Shown here piece after piece: positions 29,363-39,711 of a DNA stretch of 59,567 nucleotides (the first letter of the stretch is position 1; each line of letters opens with the position of its first letter). Both the position numbers and the translations under genes were made by a program. Below the pieces are notes generated by a model. That model searched no databases. It saw nothing but the letters and a program-made list of their open reading frames with translations, and was not told the origin of the DNA. The stretch lies in contig CANDYP010000001.1 in the NCBI GenBank assembly GCA_947425005.1, forward strand, positions 1-59,567. Direction: 5' to 3'. This stretch comes from Rickettsiales bacterium (GTDB taxonomy: Bacteria > Pseudomonadota > Alphaproteobacteria > Rickettsiales > UBA1997).

Positions 29363-30289
29363 ATGGCGCTTTTTAGTTTTTTCTCCAAGTCCAGGCGGGA
29401 TGAAGAGTCGGCAAAATCTTCGAAAATTTCTGCCGCGATTACGCAAATTTTTAGTCACAAAAAAATTGATTCGGAACTGCTGGATGAGCTGGAGGAAAGC
29501 CTGATCATTGCTGACATCGGCGCTGAAACCGCGATGCAGATTGTAGGAAATTTTCGGGTCAAAAAATTTCACAAAAACATTACTGTGGAAGAGGTGCAAA
29601 ATTTTTTAATCGAAGAGATCGAAAAAATTTTATTACCTTGTCAGAAGGCTCTGGAGTTGGATTCCGATTCTAAGCCCAAAGTAATAATTTTTAACGGCGT
29701 GAACGGCGCGGGCAAAACTACCACGATTGGCAAAGTGGCAAATAATCTCAAAAACCAAGGCAAGAAAGTTACGATTGCCGCTTGCGACACCTTCAGGGCC
29801 GCGGCTTCACAGCAATTAGAAATTTGGGCTGATCGCGTGGGCTGTGAAATTGTGGTGGCAACAAAAGATGGCGAAGATCCGGCAGCAGTGGCACATCGGG
29901 CTTACAATATTGCCAAAAATAATGACTCGGATTTTCTGTTGGTGGACACAGCGGGACGCCTACAGAATAAGCAGAATCTGATGGATGAGCTTAAAAAAAT
30001 TAACACGGTTTTGAAAAAAATCGACGCCACTGCGCCCCACGAAAATCTCTTAATTTTGGATGCGACAATCGGCCAAAACGCCAAACAGCAGCTGGAAGTC
30101 TTCAATCAAATTGTCGGCATTACCGGCCTAGTAATCACCAAACTAGATGGCTCCGCTAAAGGCGGAATCGTCGTCGCCCTAGCCGACAAATACAAAAAAC
30201 CCATCTACGCCATCGGCCTCGGCGAAAAAATCGAAGACCTGCAAGAGTTCGACGCCAAGAGCTTCGCGAGGAGTTTGGTGGGGAGTTAA
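29363..30289 (+). CDS. ftsY: signal recognition particle receptor FtsY
   Basis: GVNGAGKTTTIGK, DTFRAAA, DTAGR and TKLDG motifs of SRP GTPases. Confidence 0.92.
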   Translation: MALFSFFSKSRRDEESAKSSKISAAITQIFSHKKIDSELLDELEESLIIADIGAETAMQIVGNFRVKKFHKNITVEEVQNFLIEEIEKILLPCQKALELDSDSKPKVIIFNGVNGAGKTTTIGKVANNLKNQGKKVTIAACDTFRAAASQQLEIWADRVGCEIVVATKDGEDPAAVAHRAYNIAKNNDSDFLLVDTAGRLQNKQNLMDELKKINTVLKKIDATAPHENLLILDATIGQNAKQQLEVFNQIVGITGLVITKLDGSAKGGIVVALADKYKKPIYAIGLGEKIEDLQEFDAKSFARSLVGS

Positions 30290-31809
30290 ATAAATTCGCT
30301 GATTTTTTCGCAAGCCTTCACCAATCCCAAGGCTTTGTTGATGCATTCTTGGTATTCGGATTTGGGGTTGGAGTCGAAGACTACGCCGGCGCCGGCTTGG
30401 AGGTAGATTTTGCCGTCTTTAATTAGAGCGGATCTTAGGGTGATGCAGGTTTCCATGTCGCCGTTGCTGGCGAAATAGCCGACGCAGCCGGCGTAAAAGC
30501 TGCGTTTTACTTTCTCAATTTCTTCGATGATTTCCATGGCGCGGATTTTGGGGGCGCCGCTGACAGTGCCGGCGGGGAAGCCGGAGATCAGGGCGTCGAG
30601 AGCGTCTAAATCGTCGCGCAAAATTCCTTCGACGTTGGAAGAGATGTGCATTACGTGGGAGTAATTTTCGATTACCATTTTTTCGGTGACGGTGACGGTG
30701 CCCTCCTTGGAGACCCGTCCGGCGTCGTGGCGGCCCAGGTCGATCAGCATTAGATGTTCAGCGATTTCCTTTTCGTCGCGCAATAATTCTGCCGCGATTT
30801 TTTTGTCTTCTTCTAAATTTTTTCCTCTTTTGCGAGTGCCAGCAAGTGGCCGCACTGTAATCTTGCGGTCTTTTGACGAGACCATGATTTCAGGGCTGGA
30901 GCCGATTAAACAGAAGTCGGGAAATTTTAAATAAAATAAAAATGGCGAAGGGTTGACCGAGCGCAGAGCGCGGTAAAAAGCGAATTCCGGCAGGTTTTTG
31001 TCGAAGGTGGAAGTGAATCTTTGTGACGGTAAAACTTGAAAAATGTCGCCGTCAGTAATGTAGCTTTTGGCTTTTTCGACGGCGGCGCAATATTCGGATT
31101 CGGAATAGTTTGAAGTGAAATCGAATTTGGTTTCAGCCTTGATTGGCAAGGCCTGGTAAGGTTTTTGTAGCGCGGTTTCAATCAAAGAAATTTTGGCAAT
31201 TGTGGCCTCAAAAATTTCGGCGGCGTCATTTTTTTTGTCGTGAAAAACTGGTGCACAAATTAAAGCGCAGTCGAAGAGATTGTCGAAAATAATCAGAATT
31301 TGCGGGCGGATGAAAATGCTGTCGGGGATTTTAAAATCTTCCGCCAGGCCTTGATCCGAGATCTTCTCCATCAAGCGCACCATGTCGTAGGACATGTAGC
31401 CAAAAATTCCGGCGCATACCCCGGGTAGGTATCCCGAGATGTAATTTAATTGTCCCCAATCGATTTTAGAATTTTGAATTAATTGGCGTAAATTCAAAAT
31501 CGGATTGCCGGATTCTGGCGTAAAGTTTTGGGGATTTTTGGCGAAGTTGGAATTGATTGAAGACTCTTCGCCGCTGCATTTCCACACTAAATCCGGCATT
31601 AAGCCAATGACGGAAAAGCGACCTTTGTTGTTACCTTTTTCGGCGGATTCGAAAAGAAAACTGTGGTTAGTTTCTTGGGGGAGGTGTTGCGAAAGTTTGA
31701 GTGAGGCTAGAACTGGCGTGATTGTGTCGGCAGGGATTTTTTTGTACAAAACCGTGGAGCCGGTGTTTTGTAGGGTTTGGAGGAATTGGGATTTGTTGAA
31801 ATTGTACAT
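30286..31809 (-). CDS. trpE: anthranilate synthase component I family protein (TrpE; PabB not excluded)
   Basis: FLFESAEKG...GRFSVIG, NPSPFLFY, PAGTVSGAPKIRAME and GGAVGYF-like (AGCVGYF) motifs. No other trp genes are adjacent. Confidence 0.7.
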   Translation of the reverse strand: MYNFNKSQFLQTLQNTGSTVLYKKIPADTITPVLASLKLSQHLPQETNHSFLFESAEKGNNKGRFSVIGLMPDLVWKCSGEESSINSNFAKNPQNFTPESGNPILNLRQLIQNSKIDWGQLNYISGYLPGVCAGIFGYMSYDMVRLMEKISDQGLAEDFKIPDSIFIRPQILIIFDNLFDCALICAPVFHDKKNDAAEIFEATIAKISLIETALQKPYQALPIKAETKFDFTSNYSESEYCAAVEKAKSYITDGDIFQVLPSQRFTSTFDKNLPEFAFYRALRSVNPSPFLFYLKFPDFCLIGSSPEIMVSSKDRKITVRPLAGTRKRGKNLEEDKKIAAELLRDEKEIAEHLMLIDLGRHDAGRVSKEGTVTVTEKMVIENYSHVMHISSNVEGILRDDLDALDALISGFPAGTVSGAPKIRAMEIIEEIEKVKRSFYAGCVGYFASNGDMETCITLRSALIKDGKIYLQAGAGVVFDSNPKSEYQECINKALGLVKACEKISEFI

Positions 31810-31849
31810 CGGGGGCTTTCCGTCACGAATTAAAATTCACGAATTCAAA

Positions 31850-33793
31850 TTACTTTCCTTCTACTGCTCCTTCTTCTTTTTTACCCATTATTTTGTCGTT
31901 CACTTTCACCGGATATTTCTTCATTACGAAAGTGTTGTACCCTTGCAGAATTTCATTTTTGAAGCCCTCTGCTGCCGCAGCTTTAGCCTTGGCAAGTTGA
32001 GTCGAATCAACATTGGCTTTTTGGATTGAGCGCAAAATTCCGACTGAAAATTCTTCGTTACCAGTGGGAACTGCGACCGTAGCTTCGCCCAATTTAGCGC
32101 CAAAAAGTGCTGTAGAAAATTTGTCAGAATAAGGGATTTGCTGACCTTGGTAATTGATGTAAGAGACGCGCGCGAAGGCTTTATTTTTCTCAACGGCAAG
32201 CTTGTATTTAGCGGCGATTGTAGCGGCGTTGCCCGGATTTGCTTTGAGCTCTTCAGCAATTTCTTGAGCTAATTTTTTAAGCCCTTCGATTTTGGAATAT
32301 CTGGTGAAATCAGCTACAACTCGCGGCCTGATATCTTCCAATTTTCTTTCGTGAGCTGGGGAAATTTCGTCAACTTTAATGGCGTAATATTCAGCGCTGT
32401 CTTTCGAATAAAAAAGTTTTGAAGCTTCATCTTTTTTCAAAGAGAAAGCGTGGTCAGGAAATTCGCTGAGATTCTTGATTTCAAAGGCGGCGTCGCCCTT
32501 GCTATTTTGGCCGCCTTGATTGATTTCAAGCGAGTTTAAATTGGCAGTTAAGCCGAATTTTTTCGCCACTTCGATCAAGTTATTTGAAGCAAGAATTGTG
32601 TCGTCAATCTCAGAGATTTTAGTTTGAAGAACTTTGTCTTCTCTGCCTTCAAGCAATTTGGTTTTGATTTGAGCTTTGGCTTCAGCCAAAGGAATTGGCG
32701 CGCTTGGCGTGACTTCATTTAGCAAGAAAACGTGGAAGCCAAGCGGGCTTTTTAAAGCTTCAGAATGGCTGTTGACCGCAAGTTTGAAAACCGGATTGGC
32801 CAATTCGGGAATTAAATCTTTTTGAGTGATATTTTTAAGAGTGATTGCTTTGGCATCTTTCTTTTGAGTCTCTTTGGCGAGCTTCAAAAATTCAGCACCA
32901 AGCTTTGATTTGTCTTGGCCGGCAGCATTTAACTTCTGAATAAATTCTTTAGCAGATTCTTCTTTGTCGAATAAAATGTGGTACAAATTACGACTTTCCG
33001 GCTTTTGGAATTTGTCTTTATTTTTTTCGTATTCAGCGGCGATTTCTTCCTCGCCAACTTGCAAATCTTTTACGAAATCTTTTTTAGAAAAGCGGAAGTA
33101 AGTAACTTTGCGCAGCTCGGGAGCCGAGTAAGCTTTTTTATTTGCTTCAAAAAATTTGGTGAGTTCCTCGTCAGTTGCTGCGGCGACAGTTCCAACATTT
33201 TTAGCGGAAATTTTGATCACATCAGCCAAGCGTTTTTCTTGCTTGAATTCTTCATTTGCAATAACGGCTTGTTCGTTGATTGGAGATGCTAGAGACATGG
33301 TTTGAATGACCATTGTTGCCACCACGTCGTTCTGAATTAGGTTGACGTATTTTTCTTCGTCGAGGCCGTTTTTGGCTAAGAAATTTTTGAAAGCTTGGTG
33401 ATCAAATTTTCCGTCTTTGTCTTTGAAGTTCGGATCTTTGGCGACGATTCCCAAAATTAATTTTTTGCTGGCTTCAACGCCAAACTCGTTACGTAATTTT
33501 CCAATGATCGCGGCGTTAACTAAGCGGCCTAAGACGTCAGATTTGAATTGATCTGAGTCTAGATACTTCATTGCTTCTTCGCTTTTATTTGCCCGCAAAA
33601 TCATCTCGCGATTTTTTTGCATCTCTTTGGTGAAGTCAGAATAGCTGATGGTTTTGTTGCCAACCTTTGCTACCCAAGAGTTCGGACCGCTCAGAACAAA
33701 GCCGCTAACACCGAAAAATACGAAGAGGAGAGCAATGAATGCCAGGACAATTTTGAACAAGATATTACCGGCAAGCTTTCTGAAGAATTGCAT
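31850..33793 (-). CDS. ppiD: periplasmic chaperone / peptidylprolyl isomerase PpiD-like
   Basis: 647 aa with an N-terminal TM anchor, a SurA-N-like region and a parvulin-like segment (NLYHILF...SPLGFHVF). Confidence 0.75.
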   Translation of the reverse strand: MQFFRKLAGNILFKIVLAFIALLFVFFGVSGFVLSGPNSWVAKVGNKTISYSDFTKEMQKNREMILRANKSEEAMKYLDSDQFKSDVLGRLVNAAIIGKLRNEFGVEASKKLILGIVAKDPNFKDKDGKFDHQAFKNFLAKNGLDEEKYVNLIQNDVVATMVIQTMSLASPINEQAVIANEEFKQEKRLADVIKISAKNVGTVAAATDEELTKFFEANKKAYSAPELRKVTYFRFSKKDFVKDLQVGEEEIAAEYEKNKDKFQKPESRNLYHILFDKEESAKEFIQKLNAAGQDKSKLGAEFLKLAKETQKKDAKAITLKNITQKDLIPELANPVFKLAVNSHSEALKSPLGFHVFLLNEVTPSAPIPLAEAKAQIKTKLLEGREDKVLQTKISEIDDTILASNNLIEVAKKFGLTANLNSLEINQGGQNSKGDAAFEIKNLSEFPDHAFSLKKDEASKLFYSKDSAEYYAIKVDEISPAHERKLEDIRPRVVADFTRYSKIEGLKKLAQEIAEELKANPGNAATIAAKYKLAVEKNKAFARVSYINYQGQQIPYSDKFSTALFGAKLGEATVAVPTGNEEFSVGILRSIQKANVDSTQLAKAKAAAAEGFKNEILQGYNTFVMKKYPVKVNDKIMGKKEEGAVEGK

Positions 33794-34017
33794 TTTGTAG
33801 GGAAAGTTTATTGAGAATTTGTAAGCGGGGAAGTGAAAATCGTGGCGCTAAATAGCATTTTAGTAAATCAGAAATCAATTTAAAATTAAGCGCCACTTAT
33901 CTCCTTGAAAAAAAATCCGCTCCAATAAAAATGCGCCGCCACTTTCGTAAAGAGATTTATTTCCCTCGGATTTTTTCTCCCCCTCCCTGTTTCAGAAAAT
34001 TAATTACCAATTCAAAC

Positions 34018-35256
34018 ATGCTCGTTGTCCAAAAGTTTGGCGGTACGTCGGTTGGCGATATTGCTCGAATTAAAAATGTTGCCAAAAAAGTTAAGCGCGA
34101 AATTGATTTGGGAAATAAAGTTGTGGTCGTGGTTTCGGCAATGTCTGGAGTTACCAATCAGCTGGTCGATTATTGCAATCAGGTTTCCTCGCTAATGAAT
34201 GGCGAATCTTTGTCGGAATACGATTCGATTACTGCGACGGGTGAGCAAATTACCTGTGGCTTGTTGGCTTTGGAATTGCAGTCAATTGGTTACAAAGCCA
34301 GGTCATTTCTGGGCTGGCAGATTCCCGTGACGACTGACGACGTGCACAGCAAAGCTCGTATTGACGAGATCGACGGCTCACAAATTTTGGCCGCAATGAA
34401 AAATTACGACGTGGTCGTGGTGGCGGGATTTCAAGGCATTCACATTAAATCAAATCGTGTGACAACTTTGGGAAGAGGTGGCTCGGACACTTCCGCCGTT
34501 GCCATTGCCGCTGCGATTAAAGCGGACAGATGCGACATTTACACTGACGTTGACGGTGTCTACAGCACCGATCCAAGAATTACCGACAAGGCGCGTAAGC
34601 TCGATAAAGTGACTTACGAAGAAATGTTGGAGATGGCTTACAGCGGATCGAAAGTTTTGCAAACCCGCTCGGTTGCAATGGCCATGGCGCATAATGTGCG
34701 TGTGCGAGTTTTGTCAACTTTCGCCGAAACGACAGAAACTTCGGGAACAATTTTAGTAAACAACAACGAGGAAATTATGGAAAAGCGCTTAATCACAGGA
34801 ATCAGCTACAGCAAAAATGACGTCAGAATTACCTTAAAAAAAATGCCGGATCATCCGGGCTTGTCTTCGGCAATCTTTGGCGCTCTAGCGGACAACGAGG
34901 TGAATATCGACATGATTGTACAAAATATTAGTGCGGATAGCAAGTCGGTCGACATTACTTTCACAACTAGCAAAGAAGAAGTGGAGAGAGCGAAGCTGGC
35001 GATTGAGTCGGTGAGAAGTGAAACCAATTACGAAGAGATGAAGATCGACGAAGATATTGCGAAAATTTCGGTGATTGGAGTGGGGATGGTCAGCCATTCC
35101 GGCGTTGCTCACACCATGTTTAAGACTTTGGCGGAGAAGGGAATTAACATTCTTTTGATTTCAACTTCGGAAATTAAAATTTCGGTTTTGATCGCGAAGG
35201 AATACGGGGAGCTAGCAGTTAGAGTGCTTCACACGGCTTACGATTTGGATAAGTAG
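34018..35256 (+). CDS. lysC: aspartate kinase
   Basis: MLVVQKFGGTSVGD start, VVVVSAMSGVTN, GRGGSDTSAV, and C-terminal ACT domains. The ORF is open from 33931, but the N-terminal extension is non-homologous. Confidence 0.92.
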   Translation: MLVVQKFGGTSVGDIARIKNVAKKVKREIDLGNKVVVVVSAMSGVTNQLVDYCNQVSSLMNGESLSEYDSITATGEQITCGLLALELQSIGYKARSFLGWQIPVTTDDVHSKARIDEIDGSQILAAMKNYDVVVVAGFQGIHIKSNRVTTLGRGGSDTSAVAIAAAIKADRCDIYTDVDGVYSTDPRITDKARKLDKVTYEEMLEMAYSGSKVLQTRSVAMAMAHNVRVRVLSTFAETTETSGTILVNNNEEIMEKRLITGISYSKNDVRITLKKMPDHPGLSSAIFGALADNEVNIDMIVQNISADSKSVDITFTTSKEEVERAKLAIESVRSETNYEEMKIDEDIAKISVIGVGMVSHSGVAHTMFKTLAEKGINILLISTSEIKISVLIAKEYGELAVRVLHTAYDLDK

Positions 35257-35259
35257 GTT

Positions 35260-35329
35260 CTTGATCGAGCTCGGTTTAAGCCCCCCTGACAAGGGGGATG
35301 AGCGCATGCAAGGGGGTTTCTCGTCACAG
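35260..35329. repeat. truncated, degenerate right half of the palindromic element
   Basis: CTTGATCGAGCTCGGTTTAAGCCCCCCTGACAAGGGGGATGAGCGCATGCAAGGGGGTTTCTCGTCACAG. It starts 4 nt after the lysC stop. The left arm is missing. Confidence 0.8.
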
Positions 35330-35347
35330 ACTCAGACTAAAATACTC

Positions 35348-36169
35348 TTAAAACCCCACTACCAAATCCCCGTCATCCAATTTATTTTCGAAAGAAAATT
35401 TCCCAGAATTCTTCACCTCTTCCCCACTCACACCACATCCCAAAGAATCAGCTAAAACCTGCTCCCCAATATATTTTTCAAAAGTTTTGGCCACTTCCAA
35501 AATCCGTGAATTGGTCGAAAAAATTTTCAAATTAATGTGGTCGGAAATATTTAAATCGGCGTCTTTACGATTTTGCTGAACAGCGCGAATGATGTCGCGC
35601 GCGATGCCCTCGTCTTCCAAATCTTTCGTCACTTCAATATCGAGCTGCACCAGGTAATCATTGGTGGGCAGAGCGGCAATGGCGAATTTTTTTTCGTCAT
35701 TATTTTTGGTGGCGAGTTTAATTTCAAAATCGTCGTCAGTTAATTTTACGCCGGCAATTTCAATTTCTTTTTCAGAAATTTTTTGCCACTCACCTTTCTT
35801 GGTCGCCTCAGTAATTTCTTTAATTTTCGCGCCGAATTTGGCGCCGATTTTTTTGAAATTAATCTGCAATTTTAACTCAGCCAATTCCGCAATTTCTTCT
35901 TTGATTTCGACTGATTTGACGTTGACTTCTTCGGCAATAATTTCTTTGAAAGGCAAGATGCGCGCGGCATTTTTGCCGATTACGATTAGTTGGTTCAGGG
36001 GTAAGCGGACACGAAGATTTTTATTGTCGCGGATGCTGAGGGCGGTGGAGCACAAGCTGCGCACCAAATCCATGTCGGCGACTAATTCTTTGTCATCAAA
36101 GAGGAAAGAGAGGTTGGGGAAGTCTTGTAAATGAACGGAGATATTTCGGGAAATTTTGCGGTCAATCAC
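35348..36169 (-). pseudogene. ileS: isoleucine--tRNA ligase (type 2), C-terminal ~270-aa fragment only
   Basis: SVHLQDFP..., RLPLNQL, EEVNVKSVE, NFKKIGAKFGAK, LDIEVTKDLEDEGIARDIIRAVQQNRKDADLNISD match the C-terminal anticodon-binding/junction region of type-2 IleRS. About 800 N-terminal residues are absent. An in-frame stop lies at 36182-36184, and repeats flank the fragment. Confidence 0.7.
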
Positions 36170-36276
36170 GGCGAAAATGAATTATTTTTGAATTTTCTCC
36201 CCGGGGGAGAAAATTAACTTTTACCCAGTAAAATCAAGGGTTTGCGGGTTTGGATTTGTAAGATTTGGTGTAATTT

Positions 36277-36406
36277 TAAACCTCGATCCAGCCCTCCTGA
36301 TAAGGGGGGTAGGGGGGTTTGTGGTCAAGAATTCGTATTTAATATTCTGAGTTTGTGACGAGAAACCCCCTTACCCCCCTTATCAGGAGGGCTGGATCGA
36401 GGTTTA
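36277..36406. repeat. 130-bp composite palindrome: two half-copies of the element family arranged inside-out around a 42-bp spacer
   Basis: The left arm 36277-36320 (TAAACCTCGATCCAGCCCTCCTGATAAGGGGGGTAGGGGGGTTT) is the reverse complement of the right arm 36363-36406, with a one-nucleotide difference. It abuts the purM stop. Confidence 0.88.
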
Positions 36407-37399
36407 TTAAACCAGCTCGCCAATTACAAAAACTTCTTCACCAGCTTTTTGCAAAACATCTTTTATTTCTTCAACGTCGCCCTTCTCAACCACTAGAACC
36501 ATGCCGATTCCACAGTTGAAAGTGCGGCGCATTTCTTCGTCGGAGAGGTTTCCGAGATCTTGCAAATAAGCAAAAATTTCTGGAAGAGCCCAAGAAGTGT
36601 AGTCGATTTTTGGGATCACATTTTTGGATAAAACTCGGGGAAGATTTTCTGTTAAGCCGCCGCCGGTGATGTGGGACAAGGCTTTAACCTTGCCGGTTTT
36701 AATTGCGGCCAGACAAGATTTTACGTAAATTTTTGTCGGAGTTAAAAGTAAATTGCCCAAGGTTTGGTGCGGGTGGTAATTGTCTTCAAATTCCAAACCT
36801 TGTTGTTGGATGATGAGACGCGCTAGGGAGTAGCCGTTGGAATGTAAACCACTTGAGGCCAATCCAATTAAAACGTCACCAGCGTTGGTGGGTTTTGGTA
36901 AAATTTGATCGCGCTCAACCGCGCCCACGGCGAACCCGGCTAAATCGTAATCTCCGTCGGTGTACATTCCGGGCATTTCAGCAGTTTCGCCGCCGATTAA
37001 CGCGCAGCCAGCAAGCCTACAGCCATCAGCGATTCCTTTGATTACGGTGCTGGCAACGTCGACGTCAAGTTTGGAGCAGGCGAAATAATCTAAAAAGAAA
37101 AGTGGCTCGGCCCCTTGAACTACAAGGTCGTTCACCGACATGGCGACTAAATCAATTCCGATTGTGTCGTGATCGTTGGTTTCGATTGCGATTTTGAGCT
37201 TAGTGCCGACGCCGTCGGTGGAGGAGACCAAAACCGGATCACGGAAATTACATTTTTTTAAATCGAAGAGGGCGCCGAAGCCGCCTAAGTTAGAATCAGC
37301 CCCGAGGCGCGCTGTTGCTTTAGCGAAGGGTTTGATGCGATCAATCAAAGCGTTACCGGCGTCAATATCAACGCCAGCTTGTTTGTAGCTTAAAGACAT
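36407..37399 (-). CDS. purM: phosphoribosylformylglycinamidine cyclo-ligase
   Basis: [29 protein letters not shown] and HSNGYSL motifs. The ORF is open to 37489; ATG 37399 ([10 protein letters not shown]) is preferred. Confidence 0.92.
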   Translation of the reverse strand: MSLSYKQAGVDIDAGNALIDRIKPFAKATARLGADSNLGGFGALFDLKKCNFRDPVLVSSTDGVGTKLKIAIETNDHDTIGIDLVAMSVNDLVVQGAEPLFFLDYFACSKLDVDVASTVIKGIADGCRLAGCALIGGETAEMPGMYTDGDYDLAGFAVGAVERDQILPKPTNAGDVLIGLASSGLHSNGYSLARLIIQQQGLEFEDNYHPHQTLGNLLLTPTKIYVKSCLAAIKTGKVKALSHITGGGLTENLPRVLSKNVIPKIDYTSWALPEIFAYLQDLGNLSDEEMRRTFNCGIGMVLVVEKGDVEEIKDVLQKAGEEVFVIGELV

Positions 37400-37510
37400 G
37401 TTGTAAGTAGATTTAAATGGATTTTTTTTTCGAGCTGAGTAGCTTGTGCCAACCGTTGTCAGATATGGTCCCGCGGGCCTAACGGGCACACACTATTTGT
37501 CGCAAATCCA

Positions 37511-38638
37511 ATGTCAATTTTTATGTCAAAGCTGTCAGGAATTTTCTCGCTGAATTTTTTTTTAGTATTTTTTGTTTTCTCGACCGCATCTTTTTCTCAA
37601 AGTTTTGCTCAGCAGCAGAATAATTATTTAGTCGAAAATGTTGCGGCCAGCGCTTCAGCAAAATCTGCCGGAGATGCTAAAAATGTCGCCACGGCTAACG
37701 CGCGCCGCGATGCTTTCGTCACTCTTCTTTCCCGCCTTTCTCTTCCTTCAAGCGCCGCAGACAAAGTTAGTAACGACGAAATTTCTGAAATGGTGCGCTC
37801 CGAACAAATCACCGACGAAAAAATTGCCGGCAGTAATTATTCGGCGGTCTTCAATATTTTATTCGCCAGAAGTGCGGTGGATCGCGTTTTGAATGGTCAG
37901 GCAGGCAAGCAAGAAGATGCGAAGGTGGAGGCTTATTTACTAATTCCGGTCAAGATTTTGAAGCAAAAAGCTAGCGCTCCGACGTCCAGTAAGTTTGCTC
38001 TGTGGGACGAAAATAACGAATGGAAAGGGGCAATTGAAAAAAACTTAAAAGCCAAGTCTGTGACAAAATTTGCTCTGCCGGAAAACGACATCAGCAACGT
38101 GTCGATGATCAACAACGACAATGTGGAGAATCTTGAATATTCGCAGATCGAGCCTTTGTTTTCTAGATACAAAGCGGTTGGTGCTTACGTGGTGTTTTTT
38201 TATTTCGACGACATTGAAAACAAAGTCAGCATCACGGTAAAGAGCATCAAAAAGCTGCAGAAGAAGCAGGTTAAACTTAGCTTCATCAATGTAGATCGCC
38301 TAAGTCAGGAAGCTTTGCTTGCCAAAGTTGCGGATAAAACAATCGAATATTTGTTGGGTAGTCAAAGCGAAGAGGGCGCCAATGTGGTGAAGTTGGAAGT
38401 GCAAATTTTAAGTTTTGGCAACTGGATCGCGCTGAAAAATAAAATCGAGAACAGCAATTTGATTAATCAAATGAACATTGAATCGCTTTCAAAAGATTAC
38501 GTTAAAGTCTCGGTAAATTACGTTGGAGCTGACCCGGATATTGTTACTGCTTTTGCCAAATTAGGGCTTTCATTGAAGAAAAAATCTGACGATTCCTACA
38601 CCGTTTCTGCAATGCCAACTCAATCACTTAGCCAATGA
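37511..38638 (+). CDS. secreted hypothetical protein (possibly DUF2066-like)
   Basis: Has an N-terminal signal peptide (FLVFFVFSTASFSQSFA). Sits divergent from purM and upstream of an AI-2E permease, as DUF2066 genes do in other proteobacteria. The family assignment is tentative. Confidence 0.45.
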   Translation: MSIFMSKLSGIFSLNFFLVFFVFSTASFSQSFAQQQNNYLVENVAASASAKSAGDAKNVATANARRDAFVTLLSRLSLPSSAADKVSNDEISEMVRSEQITDEKIAGSNYSAVFNILFARSAVDRVLNGQAGKQEDAKVEAYLLIPVKILKQKASAPTSSKFALWDENNEWKGAIEKNLKAKSVTKFALPENDISNVSMINNDNVENLEYSQIEPLFSRYKAVGAYVVFFYFDDIENKVSITVKSIKKLQKKQVKLSFINVDRLSQEALLAKVADKTIEYLLGSQSEEGANVVKLEVQILSFGNWIALKNKIENSNLINQMNIESLSKDYVKVSVNYVGADPDIVTAFAKLGLSLKKKSDDSYTVSAMPTQSLSQ

Positions 38639-39690
38639 AGCCTAGAGAAAAAGTAATTTTGACCATCTTGATTGCGCTGGGATTTTTCTGGGTGATCTAT
38701 TCGGTAAGGTCAATATTGACGCCATTCGTGTGCTCCATCGTGATCGCTTATTTTCTTAATCCTTTGGTGGAGCGCTTTCACAGACAATATCGCGTCAGTC
38801 GTCTGCGCGCCACTTCGCTGATTCTGGGATTGTTTTTCTCTACGCTGATCAGCTCGGGCCTTCTGATTGTCCCGGTTATTTATTCGCAAATGATTGAACT
38901 TATTTCCACGTTGCCGGGATATTTCAAAACTTTCACAACCGATTTTTATCCTAAAATTTCTGAAGCGATGGCGGGCTTGGGCTTTACTGCAGACGGCAGT
39001 TCTTCCGGCGGGGCAATAAGAGACCAAATCACTGCAAAAGCTTTTAGCTTTTCAAGAGGGATATTGAGCAGCGCCTTCAGCTCTTCGTCGGCCATCATCG
39101 GGATTCTGTCGCTGGTGTTCGTAATGCCGATTTTGCTGTTTTATTTTTTGAAAGACTGGGACGTGATTGTGCGAAAAATTAATGATTACCTGCCTTTGTC
39201 TTGTGCTACGCAAATCAGAAAAGTTTTTTCTGATATTGATCAAACCATGTCGGGCTACATTCGCGGGCAGTTTAATGTTTGTTTGATGTTGGGAATAATT
39301 TACGCCGCTTTGCTGAGCTGCACCGGTCTTAATTTCGGTTTCTTAATCGGATTTTTAACCGGCATGTTGGTGTTTATCCCTTACGTCGGCATGTTGATCG
39401 GCGTTACTGTCGCAATCATTGTCGCCCTATTTCAATGGGGCTTTGACTTTGGAAATATTGGCCTGGTCGCTTTGGTATTTTTCGTCGGACAAGTTATTGA
39501 ATCCAATTTCCTGACGCCAAAATTAGTTGGTTCAAAAGTTGGGCTACATCCAATGTGGTTAATTTTCGGCTTATTTTTCTTCGGTGTTTTGTTTGGATTC
39601 TTGGGAGTTTTGTTCGCAGTTCCACTCACTGCAATTTCCGGAGTAGTGGTCAAACATCTGGCTGCAGAATATAAAAGAAGGTTTGTCTAA
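38635..39690 (+). CDS. AI-2E family transporter (PerM/YhhT-like permease)
   Basis: 351 aa, about 8 TM segments. The conserved C-terminal region is GQVIESNFLTPKLVGSKVGLHP. Confidence 0.85.
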   Translation: MKPREKVILTILIALGFFWVIYSVRSILTPFVCSIVIAYFLNPLVERFHRQYRVSRLRATSLILGLFFSTLISSGLLIVPVIYSQMIELISTLPGYFKTFTTDFYPKISEAMAGLGFTADGSSSGGAIRDQITAKAFSFSRGILSSAFSSSSAIIGILSLVFVMPILLFYFLKDWDVIVRKINDYLPLSCATQIRKVFSDIDQTMSGYIRGQFNVCLMLGIIYAALLSCTGLNFGFLIGFLTGMLVFIPYVGMLIGVTVAIIVALFQWGFDFGNIGLVALVFFVGQVIESNFLTPKLVGSKVGLHPMWLIFGLFFFGVLFGFLGVLFAVPLTAISGVVVKHLAAEYKRRFV

Positions 39691-39711
39691 AAAGATTTTG
39701 AATAGGTTTAC

